NCBI GenBank assembly: GCA_002633005.1
Contig: NMRA01000235.1
Span: forward strand, 174,808-238,807
Source: Phoronis australis
Lineage: Eukaryota; Animalia; Phoronida
Direction: 5' to 3'
Length of the DNA stretch: 64,000 bases
Shown: in pieces, positions 1 to 12,400 of the stretch
Layout of the letters: each line of letters opens with the position of its first letter
How positions within the stretch are numbered: position 1 is the stretch's first letter
Program-made: the position numbers and the translations under genes
Notes under the pieces: generated by a model
Database searches by the model: none
Told to the model about the DNA's origin: nothing
The model's input: the letters and a program-made list of their open reading frames with translations, nothing else

Positions 1-538
1 GGTGCGAATCGTGAGTGGCGCGTTCATTTAAACTGTTTTCGAGTACGGATCGTGTATTAGTTATGGGTAGGTACTTCTTGGATCCTTATAACATCTTCTA
101 ACCACTTAATAAGGGTTAACAACGCGTGAGACAAGGACTTTAACCATGGACTAGACTTGAACACATGAGGGGGCGGAGCCTAAGGCTCCTGATGTCACAT
201 ACCACTCTTAATAGTATTGAAAATATAAAGGACCTTTTCATGGAAGGTCTCTAATTTAAAGATTTTCAATGAAATGAGAGATTCAGTTTTAAGGTGTTGA
301 AAATGTCTTCAGTAAAAGGAGAGCACGTAATGGTATACAAACATTTGTAAGTAAAGAAAAAATATTAACGAACAGAATATTTAGGGAACTGTCTGGGACT
401 GTTACATGCAGCTGGCCTCTGCTGAATTGGAATTCAAGTCTCCAGTTCAAAGCTTTTAAAACTATAGTTTTAATACAGGGAACAAATATTCCTTTCAGTG
501 AGTTTTAGTTACTTCACCCCCTCTATTTGTCATTTCAG

Positions 539-3500
539 GCGGCGTTTCTAAAGGAGCTTCCAGTTCATGACGCAAACAATTTCAGTCGATTTCATGCGGA
601 CGCAAATTACAAGTCAAACGTAAGTTCCTGATGTTATAGTCTAGAAAGGATACTGGTAAGAAAGTCTCCAGTTTAGGGGCACGATATGACTTGAGTATAT
701 GTTTATAGTGCAAACTAGTGTTGCAAGGGTTTGCCAGCCTGTCACATCACCATTCAAGTAAACTACTGAATTAAAGTTGATTCCAAGATGGTTAATTTCA
801 TCCAGGTAAATGAAGCAATGTTTCCTTGGTTGCATGTATTGCTGCTAATTGTTTACAAGTCACATAAGCAGGACAAAGTCATCTTGCACAGAAGCACATT
901 TGAGACTGGTAGCTTAGGGTATGCATTGTATTGTTTGCTATAGAAACAGATCATTGATGTTTTGATGCGATCTCATCATGTATCATAACCAACAACCTTG
1001 CTAATAATCTGTGACAATGTCACTCAAAATCAATTTGGAACAGTGTCTATAATCAAACAATTTCTAAATATTGATTCTAAAACATATTCCGACTTTCACC
1101 GCCATGGCGCAATCTACAGTGTATTTTGGTCACTAATGGGGCAAGCAATTGAAAGAGCTTCAACAAGTTCTGTACTCAAGGAATTCACTTGTGTTGTGAA
1201 ATATCCAACTGTTGAAATAAAATTCTTTACGCTGGTAAGAACACTTTGGAGACACTTGAACTCTGGGACAAAACTCCCAGCCTGGTCTTTGTGAAGCTTT
1301 ATAGTTCAAGTGGTTTGTGCTTGAATGTTTAAACACTCCGGGTGCCAGGGCAGATCACTGCCATGATGATAGATGAGTGCCAGGGGAGATCACTGCCATG
1401 ATAGCTGTACAAACTAGAAAGATCCACTGGTAGGAAGTGGTGAGCGACTGACTGCTGATTAATGGCTGGTTATCATCAGTCATTTTGTTCAAGGCAAAAG
1501 AAAATATCTTGAGAGAAAATTCAACCATGTCACTGAAGTAGATCAAGCCATGTCAGTGGCCCACTGTTGCTGGGGAAAAATGTTTTGACACTTCAGTTTT
1601 AACTTTTACGTGACTTTCTTTTTAAAAAAATGCCATTGAAATGTATCACTGCATGCATTCTCAAAAAGTACCGACAAAAACCAATTATGTTTTTTGGCAC
1701 GAATTATTGGGGCAATAGTCGGGTGGCCCTGATTTTAAGAACCAGTTTGATGCACGTTATTCTGAAAAACTGACTCTAAAAATGTTGGACCCCTGTAAGT
1801 GCCTATTACCAGTCCTGGATTTTGAGAACCAGTTTGATTGATGCCTGTTATTCAGAAAAACTGGTTCTTTATATGTCAGACTTCTGTATGTGTCTATTAC
1901 CCTTTCACCCTCAGTGACATCAGTCAAGGTGTGTGATGTGTTCTCAAGCCATCATTATTTGTTTTGTAGACAAAGAGGCCATCAGTTTACATACCCACCA
2001 CAGACCATCCTTCAGAGCAAGGTGAGTGAGGGTGGGGTTAGGATGCAGTGTAAGGACCCTCTCCAAGTGGAGCTGGGTTTAAGATGGTAGGGAACGAATG
2101 GGGTGGTGTTAGGATGCGGTGTTGAGGCACTCTCTTAGTGGGGGTCGGGTTGGGATGCGGTGTTGGGGCACTCTCTGAGTGGGGTTAGGTTGAGATGTGT
2201 TGAGGCCCTCTCTGAGTAGGGGTGGGGTTGGGTTGCGATATTGGAGCACTCTCTTAGTGGAAGCCATCTAAGCATGGTAAGTCTAAATACAGCACTGAAT
2301 TGCTTCTGGCAATCTTTAGGTAAAGACAATCATCTCGCACAATGCCATTCTTGGTTTTTCTCTGTGGAAGACTCGTTCGTTTTCTTAATCTTTTGCAATT
2401 CTGGACATCCATGATAGCAAGTAGCAGCATATGTTAATAAAAACAACCATGGTTTTAAATCGACTTGACAGGTTTTGGTGTCATTTATTCAAATGAGCTA
2501 GATTTGATTCTAATATTAAAGAACTTACTAAGAATTTGCAAAAGAATGTAGGAGGGTACTGAAAGCAATACTGCAACGTAACCCTGATGATGTTCATCCT
2601 GTAGACAAAACTAACTACAAGTACTTTAAAGTACCCTATGTTGGGTTTTACGCTAAGATTCCTCTATGAAAACTCAACAAATTGGGGAATGATTACTGTG
2701 TTAACTTAAGAGTTGTAGTAACATTCATGTCTTTAAAACTGTCAAATTTGTTTAACCCTAAGAACAAAATTCCTATGGGTCTATGGTCCAAGGTAGTGTA
2801 CAAATTTATCTGTGCTGGATGTGGCTCCAGATATACAGGCAAAACTGTTCGCTATTTGACAACCAGAGCCAGGGAACATCAAAATTCTGACAGAAGTTCA
2901 CATTCATCTACAGAGCTCCAATCATTGTTATCAGCAGTGCTCTTTCAATGACTTTGCAATTATAATAGACCAGGCAGTAACAAGGGAGCTTAATATTCGT
3001 GAGGCTCTACATATCAGTTGGTGCAAGCCCAATCTCTGCAGGCAACTGGCACACCACAGGTTGTCATTGTTGGTCTAGTTCATTGTCCCTCCCTGTAACT
3101 GACTGTATCTATGCTTCATTACTTGTTGCTGGGCCTAGCTAGGTGGCCATTATATTTTCTCTTCTGATGATGGTGTGGTTGTTTTTATTAATTCTGGACA
3201 TCCAGTAAACAACATTCTAAGGCATAAACAGTGCAGTAGTGGCCATCCAGTGATGTTTGTAGTGTGAAAGGGGACAACTTTTGAGGCGGTAAGCATTCTT
3301 TATCTTTATCTTTGTCCTTGAAGTTTGTGATTTTCCTCATGGAGTATTTGTGGTGTTTGGAACCAGTCCAGCTGGTGTCGTAGTACTCTTGAATGAATGA
3401 AGTTTTTTTTCCACATCAGAAGATCATAAGTTTCTGGGCCAAAAAAGATGAAAAGTTACGTTTTTCATACTGTGATGATAATGGATGACTTTTTGACGCA

Positions 3501-4897
3501 GCACTGTTTATGAATGTTTGGTCAAAAGGGTAGCAGACAGACCTCAGGGGCACAAGTTGCAACTACTGAAGATGTATAGCTGGGTGGTTGTACAAGCTCA
3601 GGACAATATGTTACTTAATCAATTATGTAGACGTTAGCGGGCTGCTGAAGAGATTGACATTGTCAAACTATCACCATTGCTACCTGTGTTAATGACTGAC
3701 ACTCTTCGTATTGCTGAAGACACTGCAGCTGTAGTGCTGTCCTCAAGGTGTCGCTAGTGCCACCTGTTCAATGACCGACATGTCGCGTTTCTGAAGATAC
3801 GGCTGTAGTGCTGTCTTCAAGGTATCACTAGTGCCACCTGTTGAACAACTCACACGCCATCCTCATGATGTCCAAGTGTTGCATGTTTGCCGTCTGTGTG
3901 CTAAAATATCCAAGGACTGTAGTGTGTGTCAGGCCTTAAGCGGGCGCTTTTGCCATTGTTACTAATTGTGTACTTTATAATTCCTTGTCACTAATGCACT
4001 TTCTTTTATTTGCTTCCAGTCATAACTACAGATAAAACAAACATTTTACTGCGATACCTTCATCAACAATGGGACAAAAAGGTTGGTCATTTGGACAACA
4101 TAGAACTTGAATAGTAGAAATTGTATCAGATGCACGCCCACGACTTCTGTGTCAACCACAGAACAAAGAGACATGAATTTGATCTCGTATAAAACAGTAC
4201 AGCCTTAGTATGGGTCCTTACAAATTAGTGACCCTCAAACTCACTCCATCAATGGCATTACGTGTTAAAAATAGCAGTCATGAAGCTGGTCACAGATGTA
4301 CATTTTGTAATTAGTGAAGCTGCCACTGAGAGGGGTTGGTTATTTGTATTTATCTTTTCAAAGCCCCAACTCACATTCCTGCTGTGGTATATCTTTAAAG
4401 TGATGCTGTGCATGGGCGCACCCAGGGGGGCTCATGGGAGCCCCCCAATTTCGCGAATTGGGTAAAAAGGTCCATCTCTGTAAAACAAAAAGTCCAAGTA
4501 GACAAGACAAAAAGTCCACAAAATTCACATGAAGTCGGCGCAGATGCACAATTTGTAGTCCTGAACCTAGTGACCCCGTTTTTTTAATTTTTTTTAGTCG
4601 AACGCCCCATATTTTAGGCTGGGTGTGCGCATGATGTGTGATTGATCATGGCTGCTGTTCTTTTGTTGTTGTTGTTGTTGTTCAGTAGCAGTCTGTCTTG
4701 GTTTTAAACTAAGGCATTCCTGAAAATTGTCATGCTCTGGCAGTGATTAACTGTAACACACGACTTGTTCAATGTTGTAGAATACAAATAAAAAGCGAGA
4801 CGCTACTCGGGCCAAGTTAGACGGAGAAACGTCAGAAACTTCATCAACATCATGTAAACAGCCCAAGTTATCAAGCACTGAAGAAGCTGGGACGTAG
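539..4897 (+). CDS. DDA1: DET1- and DDB1-associated protein 1 (CRL4 component); coding exons 539-619, 1970-2021, 4020-4081, 4781-4897; ATG-only exon 1 lies at or before the window start
   Basis: Spliced translation [72 protein letters not shown]...EAGT* contains the DDA1 hallmark motifs NFSRF, RPSVY and [15 protein letters not shown]. All junctions are GT-AG and phase-consistent (81, 52, 62, 117 nt). Confidence 0.96.
2024..2260. repeat. Degenerate G-rich minisatellite, unit about 39 bp, about 6 copies, just after the DDA1 exon donor at 2021
   Basis: Recurring gagtgggg(t)gggttaggatgcggtgttgaggcactctct-like units. Confidence 0.7.
2560..3080 (+). mobile_element. Penelope-like retroelement relic (3' GIY-YIG endonuclease region) in a DDA1 intron
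   Basis: [29 protein letters not shown] followed, after a frameshift, by [21 protein letters not shown]. This is the PLE-type GIY-YIG pattern with CxxC, YxG-T-R-L--R--EH and E---I---P-L. Interrupted by stops and frameshifts. Confidence 0.8.
4411..4633 (+). mobile_element. MITE family A (CATGc/gGCGCACCC terminal inverted repeats), copy 1
   Basis: Ends catgggcgcaccc ... gggtgtgcgcatg. Internal gggggctc..gagcccccc and aaaagtcc motifs are shared with copies at about 17680-17947 and 55626-55863. Flanks ctgtg/atgtg (4 of 5 match). Confidence 0.75.
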
Positions 4898-4908
4898 GGA
4901 GCAATCTG

Positions 4909-5075
4909 AACACTGTGTGAACAGTGCATGAACACTACATGAACCCCTACAAACACTGTATGAACAGTGCATGAACACTACATGAACCCCTATTAACACT
5001 GTAGGAACAGTGCATGAACACTACATGAACCCCCTACGAACACTGTAGGAACAGTGTGTGAACTTTCTATGAACA
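4909..5075. repeat. 43-bp minisatellite, about 3.5 copies, in the DDA1 3' UTR
   Basis: Unit aacactgt(a/g)(t/g)gaacagtgcatgaacactacatgaacccctac begins 12 nt after the stop codon. Confidence 0.85.
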
Positions 5076-8000
5076 GACTTGTTATGGTTGTTTGGGATAC
5101 GTTACTGTGTAAGGGTCTATGGCACAGGGCCAATATTATTACCTATTATGTATGCACTCATGTTTGTAGCGCCATCTGTTATCATACTGATGCCAGTCAT
5201 TTCAACAGTGCAAGCATGATTATAAGGATTTAATATACTACTCCTGTCCCGTTTGATTTGTCTAATGTGTCTACTGCCTCGATACAACACCTGCCCTGTT
5301 TGATTTGTCAAATGTGTCTACTACCTTGGTACAACCTTTTTATTGTTTCTGCCTCTGGCTCCTGGATATGATTTGGTGATAGTTAAGTTAACAGTAGTTT
5401 TCAAAATGAAATGGAATAAACGGTCATTGACACAACTTTGTCGAACTGTGCCAAACTTGGATGAAGTTATTGCAAGATTTGAGTCCCAGTAATCTTTTCA
5501 TAGTTATATTCATTAGGTCATGTGATGTGGCCAAGAGGTGGCGTGCTGACCACTGAGATTTCAAAATGTTTGGGTTAAAAGTTTCCATGTCCGTTTTTGA
5601 ATAACATGTTTATAAACTGGCACTTGGTCACACTAAATTAGATCAATGTAAACACAATATAATTTCCATACACAGAAACAGCATATTAATGAGATTTTGA
5701 ATTTGGTGCGATTTTGGCCGGTCAAATTGGTCATTCTCATGTCATTTTGTACATCATCTCAACTGGACAAGCCCTAACCTCCACTGGACAACTACAGTGG
5801 ACAATGTTGTGTATTTGTCTGCAATCAATCTAAATCAGAACTGTTGTTGCTAGTTAGCACACATGTTGTGGTGTCTGCAAACTAAAGGTGCACAATATAC
5901 AAAAATCGGTCTACCATAGTCTGCTTAAACGTATCTAATATTGGTTACTGTGCAAAGCCTGGATGGACCAGGCCGTGTGCCAAACCAGTAACAAACTGGA
6001 CTCTGAAGGGTCACATCAGACCAGTGGTCTGAAAATGCAAGTATGATCAACCCCCCCATCCGCTCCTGGGTACCTGAAATGCTATTTGGGTTATATCTGT
6101 ATGCAAGTTCTCTGAATTCTTGTGATAAAAAAGAAATGCTAATAAAACTTCGCGGCTGTCTCGAGATACTGACGAAATTTACATTTACTCCAAAACGAGT
6201 GCGAGGTTTTCTCAAGAATAAAAATTGAGCCACCCGGGAGACTTGTAAATTGGAAACCTACTTATCTCTTGCCCACGTGTTCGTTCAACAAATTCACCGT
6301 GACATGCCTAACTGAGAATCCCGCGTATTAATTGTTTACCAAAATCCGTTAACGCCAGTGTTCTCTAAAGTTATCTTGTCTGTTTGGAAAACATTGTATT
6401 CTTGTTTATGTGGCAAATCACTAAAATGCTTCAGTGCTTATTTGTCAAGCCACCTGTTTGGTAGAGATTGGCAGTAGTGTGACATTTGGACATCATCTTC
6501 AAGCCCGAACACCGTCCATACATTTTTTTCTGTCCACCCGCTGCTTACGGTCACCTGCTGCACTTCCGCTCAGTGGCAAAATGTCAGTTCTCTCATGGTC
6601 TTGATCACCTCTTGTAGTCGGGCGTGTAAGGTCAGCTGTGGGGGTCACACTGAAGGCTGATGTCTTCAGTAACATACTCAAATTTGAACCAGATGCGAAA
6701 CATTTAGATATTGTGCATCTGTGATGATTGCTTCCTATACGTGCATCCCACTGAGAACAAAGTCACCGCTGATATATATTCAAGAGAGCCAGACGACTAT
6801 CACTCTACAGTTTCCAGCAGCGCGTAATCGAGTCAATACGGTAACTAGAATTGTGACAATATCATGGACCCATGTGAATGTTTTACCTCCGTGAAACAGT
6901 TTTGTGGCTACTAAGTGCGAACCTTCACCATGAAGAGTGGTCATCTTGTAATATTAACATAACATTTATTAACACTGAAGTTTTAATTTTATTCATTCAA
7001 AAACTATTGCGACGTAGGCCTAAATTTGAAATTTTAATTTTAAAAAGTGTATTGTCATCTGGAACATGTGGACGCAGCTACAAATGAGTTCTTTGCAATT
7101 TTGTTGGCTCTAGCTAGTCAGTATGTGACGTAACTGAGGGTATGCTAGTTTACTTGACGTGCTTTTTCATTTCATTGATCTCTTGTCTTTTGCTTTCAAA
7201 TTTGACTGTTCCGGGCTTTATCAAATGCTGAGCACATAACAACGTTCAACAGTTACTATGGAAAAGATTTCTCAACAACCACCACTGAACGAAGTCGACG
7301 GTTTGACATAACTTGGGCATACTTCTGCCAAATATTTCAATGTTTTGACATCAGCTGCAGTAATTCTCGCCGGCTGTGCAAAAGAACTTTCCATGCAACC
7401 CGCCTCCATTGAGCGGAACATTACGTACCATTCTCCTGGAGTGTAAAAATCAAGAAGTTTTCACCATCACGAGCTAATCTAGAATCGCTCACTTGTCAAG
7501 TACCCCTTGTGTTGGCACAATACTATGGACGGAGCTTACGGTCTCTACACAAAGGAATCAACGGGTGAAAGTTAACTAAGTTCTCTGACGACGTTTGTTG
7601 AGAGTCGTTTGCAAGTAGTATTTTAAATATCGGTTTGCGTCAGGAGCGCTGTTTACAACACAATTGCTGGATTACGTGGGTATCAGATGAAAGCAGACAA
7701 TAAGAGAGCTGGACTGCGTGAACATTGGTTTGACACTGTCTAACTGCTAACGACATGGCTGTGTATAACGAGTGGCCGATCAGTCAATCGGCGGTATACT
7801 CATTACCCGGTCACAGCGCGGATGCGTGTCCCCGGGTTGTTATGTTTAATCCGCTACCGAGTCCGGGAGAGTATGGCACACAAATATTTTAAGAATACAC
7901 TACAGAGGTATGTTTACGGTTGCTATAGTAAGAACAGAACAGTTCTGCGTAGGCCTTAACCCTTAATTGGTACTCAGATAGTAAACATTGGTAACACTAG

Positions 8001-8743
8001 TCAATATTGCGGCACCTTAGAAAAATGTTCACATTTGGCCAACAATTGCATAGGAAAATCACTGATCGGATTCATATGAAACTTTCCGTCACCGAGTTAC
8101 TTCACCCACCTAGTTGCCTTTATCCACTGAGTTACGTTACCCTCCGAGTTAGCCTACTTCAGTTACCCTCTGATCGCCAAAACGCTGTTACGGACAGGAT
8201 CTGAACTCACTTTACGAGGGTGTGTCAATCAGGAGACTAGTCCCCATTATTTGTTTACACAACTGGTAACTTAATTGGCCTGAGTGATGGCACCACTGTA
8301 TGCCAGGCCACAGCTAGACAGTGCTGTTCTTCAAAGAATCTATTTATGGATATGTGGGGGCATCTTTGGCAAATGCGAGTGGATTTTGACCACTAAAAAT
8401 ATGGTCGACATATGCCGCTGTAATTTATGATTAACTTTCAAAATTAAATGAGAAAGTGTAAGGGCTGAATTAAATAATCGAATGCTCAGGCGCATTCCAC
8501 TCATAGACACTGAGAAGACGGCTTATCACTGCCGTAAATCAAACGGGAAGCCCAAACGTACAATAAACACAACCGCTCATACTGTGGCCATCTGCAGTAA
8601 TTAACCGTGCAGACGCAGGACTACGTACAGACCGTCATTAAGCGGAATGCGGAGTTTTTATAAATTATCAATTTTGCATGTCAGCGGATATCAAAAATAA
8701 AGGACTCATTATTTGTAATTATGGAAGATCTTTAAAAATGCAT

Positions 8744-8820
8744 CAGAAGAAATGAAACAACAATTTAGAAAACTATGACAGCAGAAGAAATGAAACAACA
8801 ATTTAGAAAACTATGACAGC
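8744..8820. repeat. 39-bp tandem duplication
   Basis: cagaagaaatgaaacaacaatttagaaaactatgacagc present twice in tandem. Confidence 0.85.
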
Positions 8821-9310
8821 ATTTTTAAGATTCCACCTAGCTTGAATAGTTATATGTACATTGGGTCTCGTTGTTGATAGCGGCGTTTTGCTATGAATGT
8901 ACCTCTCAATAATTCTGTAAATATTTGACTTAATGTAACTACTTCTCGATATCTTGTTTCTATAGTGCAGCAAACAGTGTTTAATAAGTCAGCATATTTT
9001 GGCCTAGCAGTCACTGCCCAAGGGTCCAATCTCAGTACCCCCGGAATCATAAAAAATGCCACGCACTTAACTTTTACAGGACCGAAAAACAATTTCGTAA
9101 CCTTCCGTTGTTGAAACTAATATGGCAGAACTGCCCGAAATTATGATATTCCGTCTTAAAAATTATCCCAATTTTACAAGTTTCGTGTTTTTATCACCTT
9201 GCACTCAGTGATGATGGCGCCTTTATCATTCCTCAGCGCCGTATCGTTGTTTGTAATGGCCAGTAGATGTCGGTGTGCAACAAGTTTGCACGACATCTTC
9301 CGGCTAACTC

Positions 9311-9324
9311 GTTTCCGTAACAAC
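9311..9324. promoter_or_regulatory. Putative RFX X-box about 90 bp upstream of the SPAG8 start codon
   Basis: GTTTCCGTAACAAC resembles the X-box GTYNCYATRGYAAC. Its position upstream of a ciliary/axonemal gene fits RFX regulation. Confidence 0.55.
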
Positions 9325-9414
9325 AACGCCATATTTCTTCCGGTTTGAGACGGACCGTATCTTTATTCATTCAGTAGCGCTCTAATCATTTACAGTGCGA
9401 GTTTTTAAATTAAA

Positions 9415-12400
9415 ATGAGTTCGCTGAATCAAGGTAGAAACGAAATACGTGTAGGCAACTCAAACGCCAAGTGTTTACTCGAAAATTGGGTGGAAGAGGT
9501 ATGTTTGTCACTAGCAAAGGGGTACACATGACTGTAATGTCAATGACTTTCCATGGCATGGTTCACCAAAACAGCAGCAACTGTTCATAGTCTTATGTTT
9601 AACTTAGTTCATAAGTTGATATCGCGATTCACACTTTGAAAAACGTATCCATTCCTGACATTATTACTAAATCAGGTGTTTAGGATCTTCCTAAAATCGA
9701 ATATCCCGTTACCAATTAACATTTTAAGAGTATCGTCCGGTTACCTATTTTCGTCAGGCTCCAAAGTTCGTCCGCCATCTTGTTTCGCGTGCAGCGCAAC
9801 CACGCGGGACTTAGCGTTCCAATTTGGAGTGCTCGTGTGCACGTTAAGTACTAACTTATCGGAAGAGACACGTATCAAAGTAATGAGACAAAAATCGGTG
9901 AGTTTACCGATTGTTTTCTAAAACCACTTAAAAATCAGTAGATTTTACTAATACACTTTTTTGTGCGTTTTCAGAAGATGTTTTCGAATTTAAATTTTCT
10001 TCCGACGGGACACAAAACATGATCCAGGGTTTGTTTATGCAATGTATCTGTTTGTCCCAGGCACTAGTAGGATCTAGAAGGCCAAAGGAAAAATCCGCAG
10101 ACAAATGCGATACGCTGGGTTCTTAACATTTTTGCCTCACGCATTCACCATTAAACTGCATTGAAATGTTGTCCAATTGGCTTTTATTGGAAACCACAGT
10201 GCAGAGCTCAACATCAAAGCTTCAAATCGAGTTTATGTCAATAAAAACAGGCTGTTGCAATTTTCATTACTTCGTTGGCCTTTTTCTGCATGTTTCTCAG
10301 TTTTTACAAAAGGGGGCAGCATATGACGAACTTAGGTGTCACAATAAAATGGCTGCCGAAGGCAGTGCACATTTGAAATAACTCGGCACAAATTAAAGAA
10401 AACTTCCGAATCGATGAATGCGGTATATCTGTGAGAGTTAAATCGAATCCTATTCAGATCATAACTTTGAAGTGGAATAATTCGGTGAGTACAACAGCAA
10501 GTCGGTTTTATGCTTAGGCGGACGAACATTGGGTTCCCCAGTATATGATTGATATGTTTTCAGCGAGCTGTTGCTGGTTTTGACAAAGGAGAGCTTGGGG
10601 GGAACATCACAAGCCAGGCACAGATATTTAAGGACGGTCATACTGGTATATTGACTACAGAACTTGAGGCAAAGCCAGAAAATCTCACAGTTTGTCGAGC
10701 CACATACACACCCCCTCAGAAATGTCCGGAGAGGCTTGTAGGTGAGTTCATGAGGTGACGAGTCAGAAACACTATTCAAATATCTTAAAATGTTCTAAGA
10801 GGCTTGTAGGTGAGTTGATGAGGTGATGAGTCTGAAACACTATTCAAATATCTTAAAATGTCCCGAGAGGCTTGTAGGTGAGTTCATGAGGTGACGAGTC
10901 AGAAAAACTATTCTAATATCTTTTTTAAGGGTATACATATAGTCATATAGGTCAATATAAAATGACAATATATCTGCATTCTATGAACAAAGTTCACTAT
11001 TGTTTTAAACCACTTGTTGGTGTTGTAATTAAAGTTTTATCTCAACCTGTTCCTATAATTTAACATTGATGCTCTTTGGTCTTGGAACTGAAAAATGATG
11101 GTTTCGTTATGGCTTGAGCATCTAGGCTCGGTGCATAAAATGAAGGGCTATGATAGCTATATTGCAGAGCCTGTTTACAAGAAATAAATTCAGTGAAGAA
11201 TTTTCATTTCTTTACAACCCAAGAAATCACTTATAACTGGACAAAGAAACTATTTGAGATCAATTTTTATAAAATTAAGTGGTTAACTTGAAAAGTAACT
11301 ATTTGTTGTAAGGGAAGGTGGAACTTTAAGATAAGAGCTAATTCAACTATTACAGTATGCGCACAAGTCAAGTCAGCTATCACTATAATGGACGTATAGC
11401 CCAGTGCCTCACTATAATAGTCAACCAGTTACCCACTTTAATGGTCATAAAGCCCAGTGCGCCACTATAATATTCATATAGCCCATTGCTGACTATAATG
11501 GTCATAAAGCCCACTGCCCTACTATTAGTCATATAGCCCAGTGCTCACCAAACAAAAGAAACTGGTCATAAATAGTATATTTGTGGTTAGTTCAATTCAA
11601 ATGGACTACCAAGGATTACCTAATTAAGGTTAAGGTTTAGGAACTGCATAACCGGGGTAGTATGTGAAACTACCGGTATATACTGTAGTATGCAAAATTT
11701 TACTTTAAAATGTGTATGAGATTTACCTTGTTGAGGGCCTTTGGCTTTCCCAAACTTGTATAGGACTCAAAATGTTGTTTCAGTCTATTATGTAATTAAC
11801 TAACTAATGTTATTGTTACCTTCACTGCATATGATTTCCTTACAGGAAGCCGGCATGAATTAATGGAAAAAATGATGTATGCTAAAGTGAGGTGAGTATA
11901 CACTCGATTTTGCTGTTCTTTACTTGCCAGCATTTAGCTTACTTTTAGGGCTACCGGTACTTTAAATGTTGGTGCTATGTATTCCCACTTCATAACTCAT
12001 GTCTGTGGCAAAATAAACTGAAAATGTTACCTAATTACTCTGAATTAACCCACATGTGCTGAGCTAATGTTAACTTGAGACAGCTAAGATGATTGACATA
12101 GACATAATGCTGGACAGTGCTGTTGTAGATTCAGGCTTGCATAGACATTGAATTATAGCAGAGGTGTTTCTATACATTATTTCTTTTTGAAAACTTTTCC
12201 CTTTTTATTTTTTTGAGTAATTAATTTACACCTGGAAACTAAGCAGCCTATGCAGAGATGGGCATTGTCTTAGTACAGATTGTGCTGACCACAAAATTCA
12301 CTTGTTCTGCATTGACATATGATATATTCTCAATCTGTCGGTGCATGGCTGAGAATGAGTTTCCTCGCTCTGTAAACAAGCGACATGTCAGGATACTAGT

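Noticed and set aside
3471-3572. GTGATGA ... CTGA as a box C/D snoRNA in a DDA1 intron
   Set aside because: Weak terminal stem and no recognisable rRNA or snRNA antisense element.
6240-7600. Minus-strand protein-like fragments between DDA1 and SPAG8
   Set aside because: Multiple stops in all frames and no recognisable family. Possibly an old TE or pseudogene, but not supportable.
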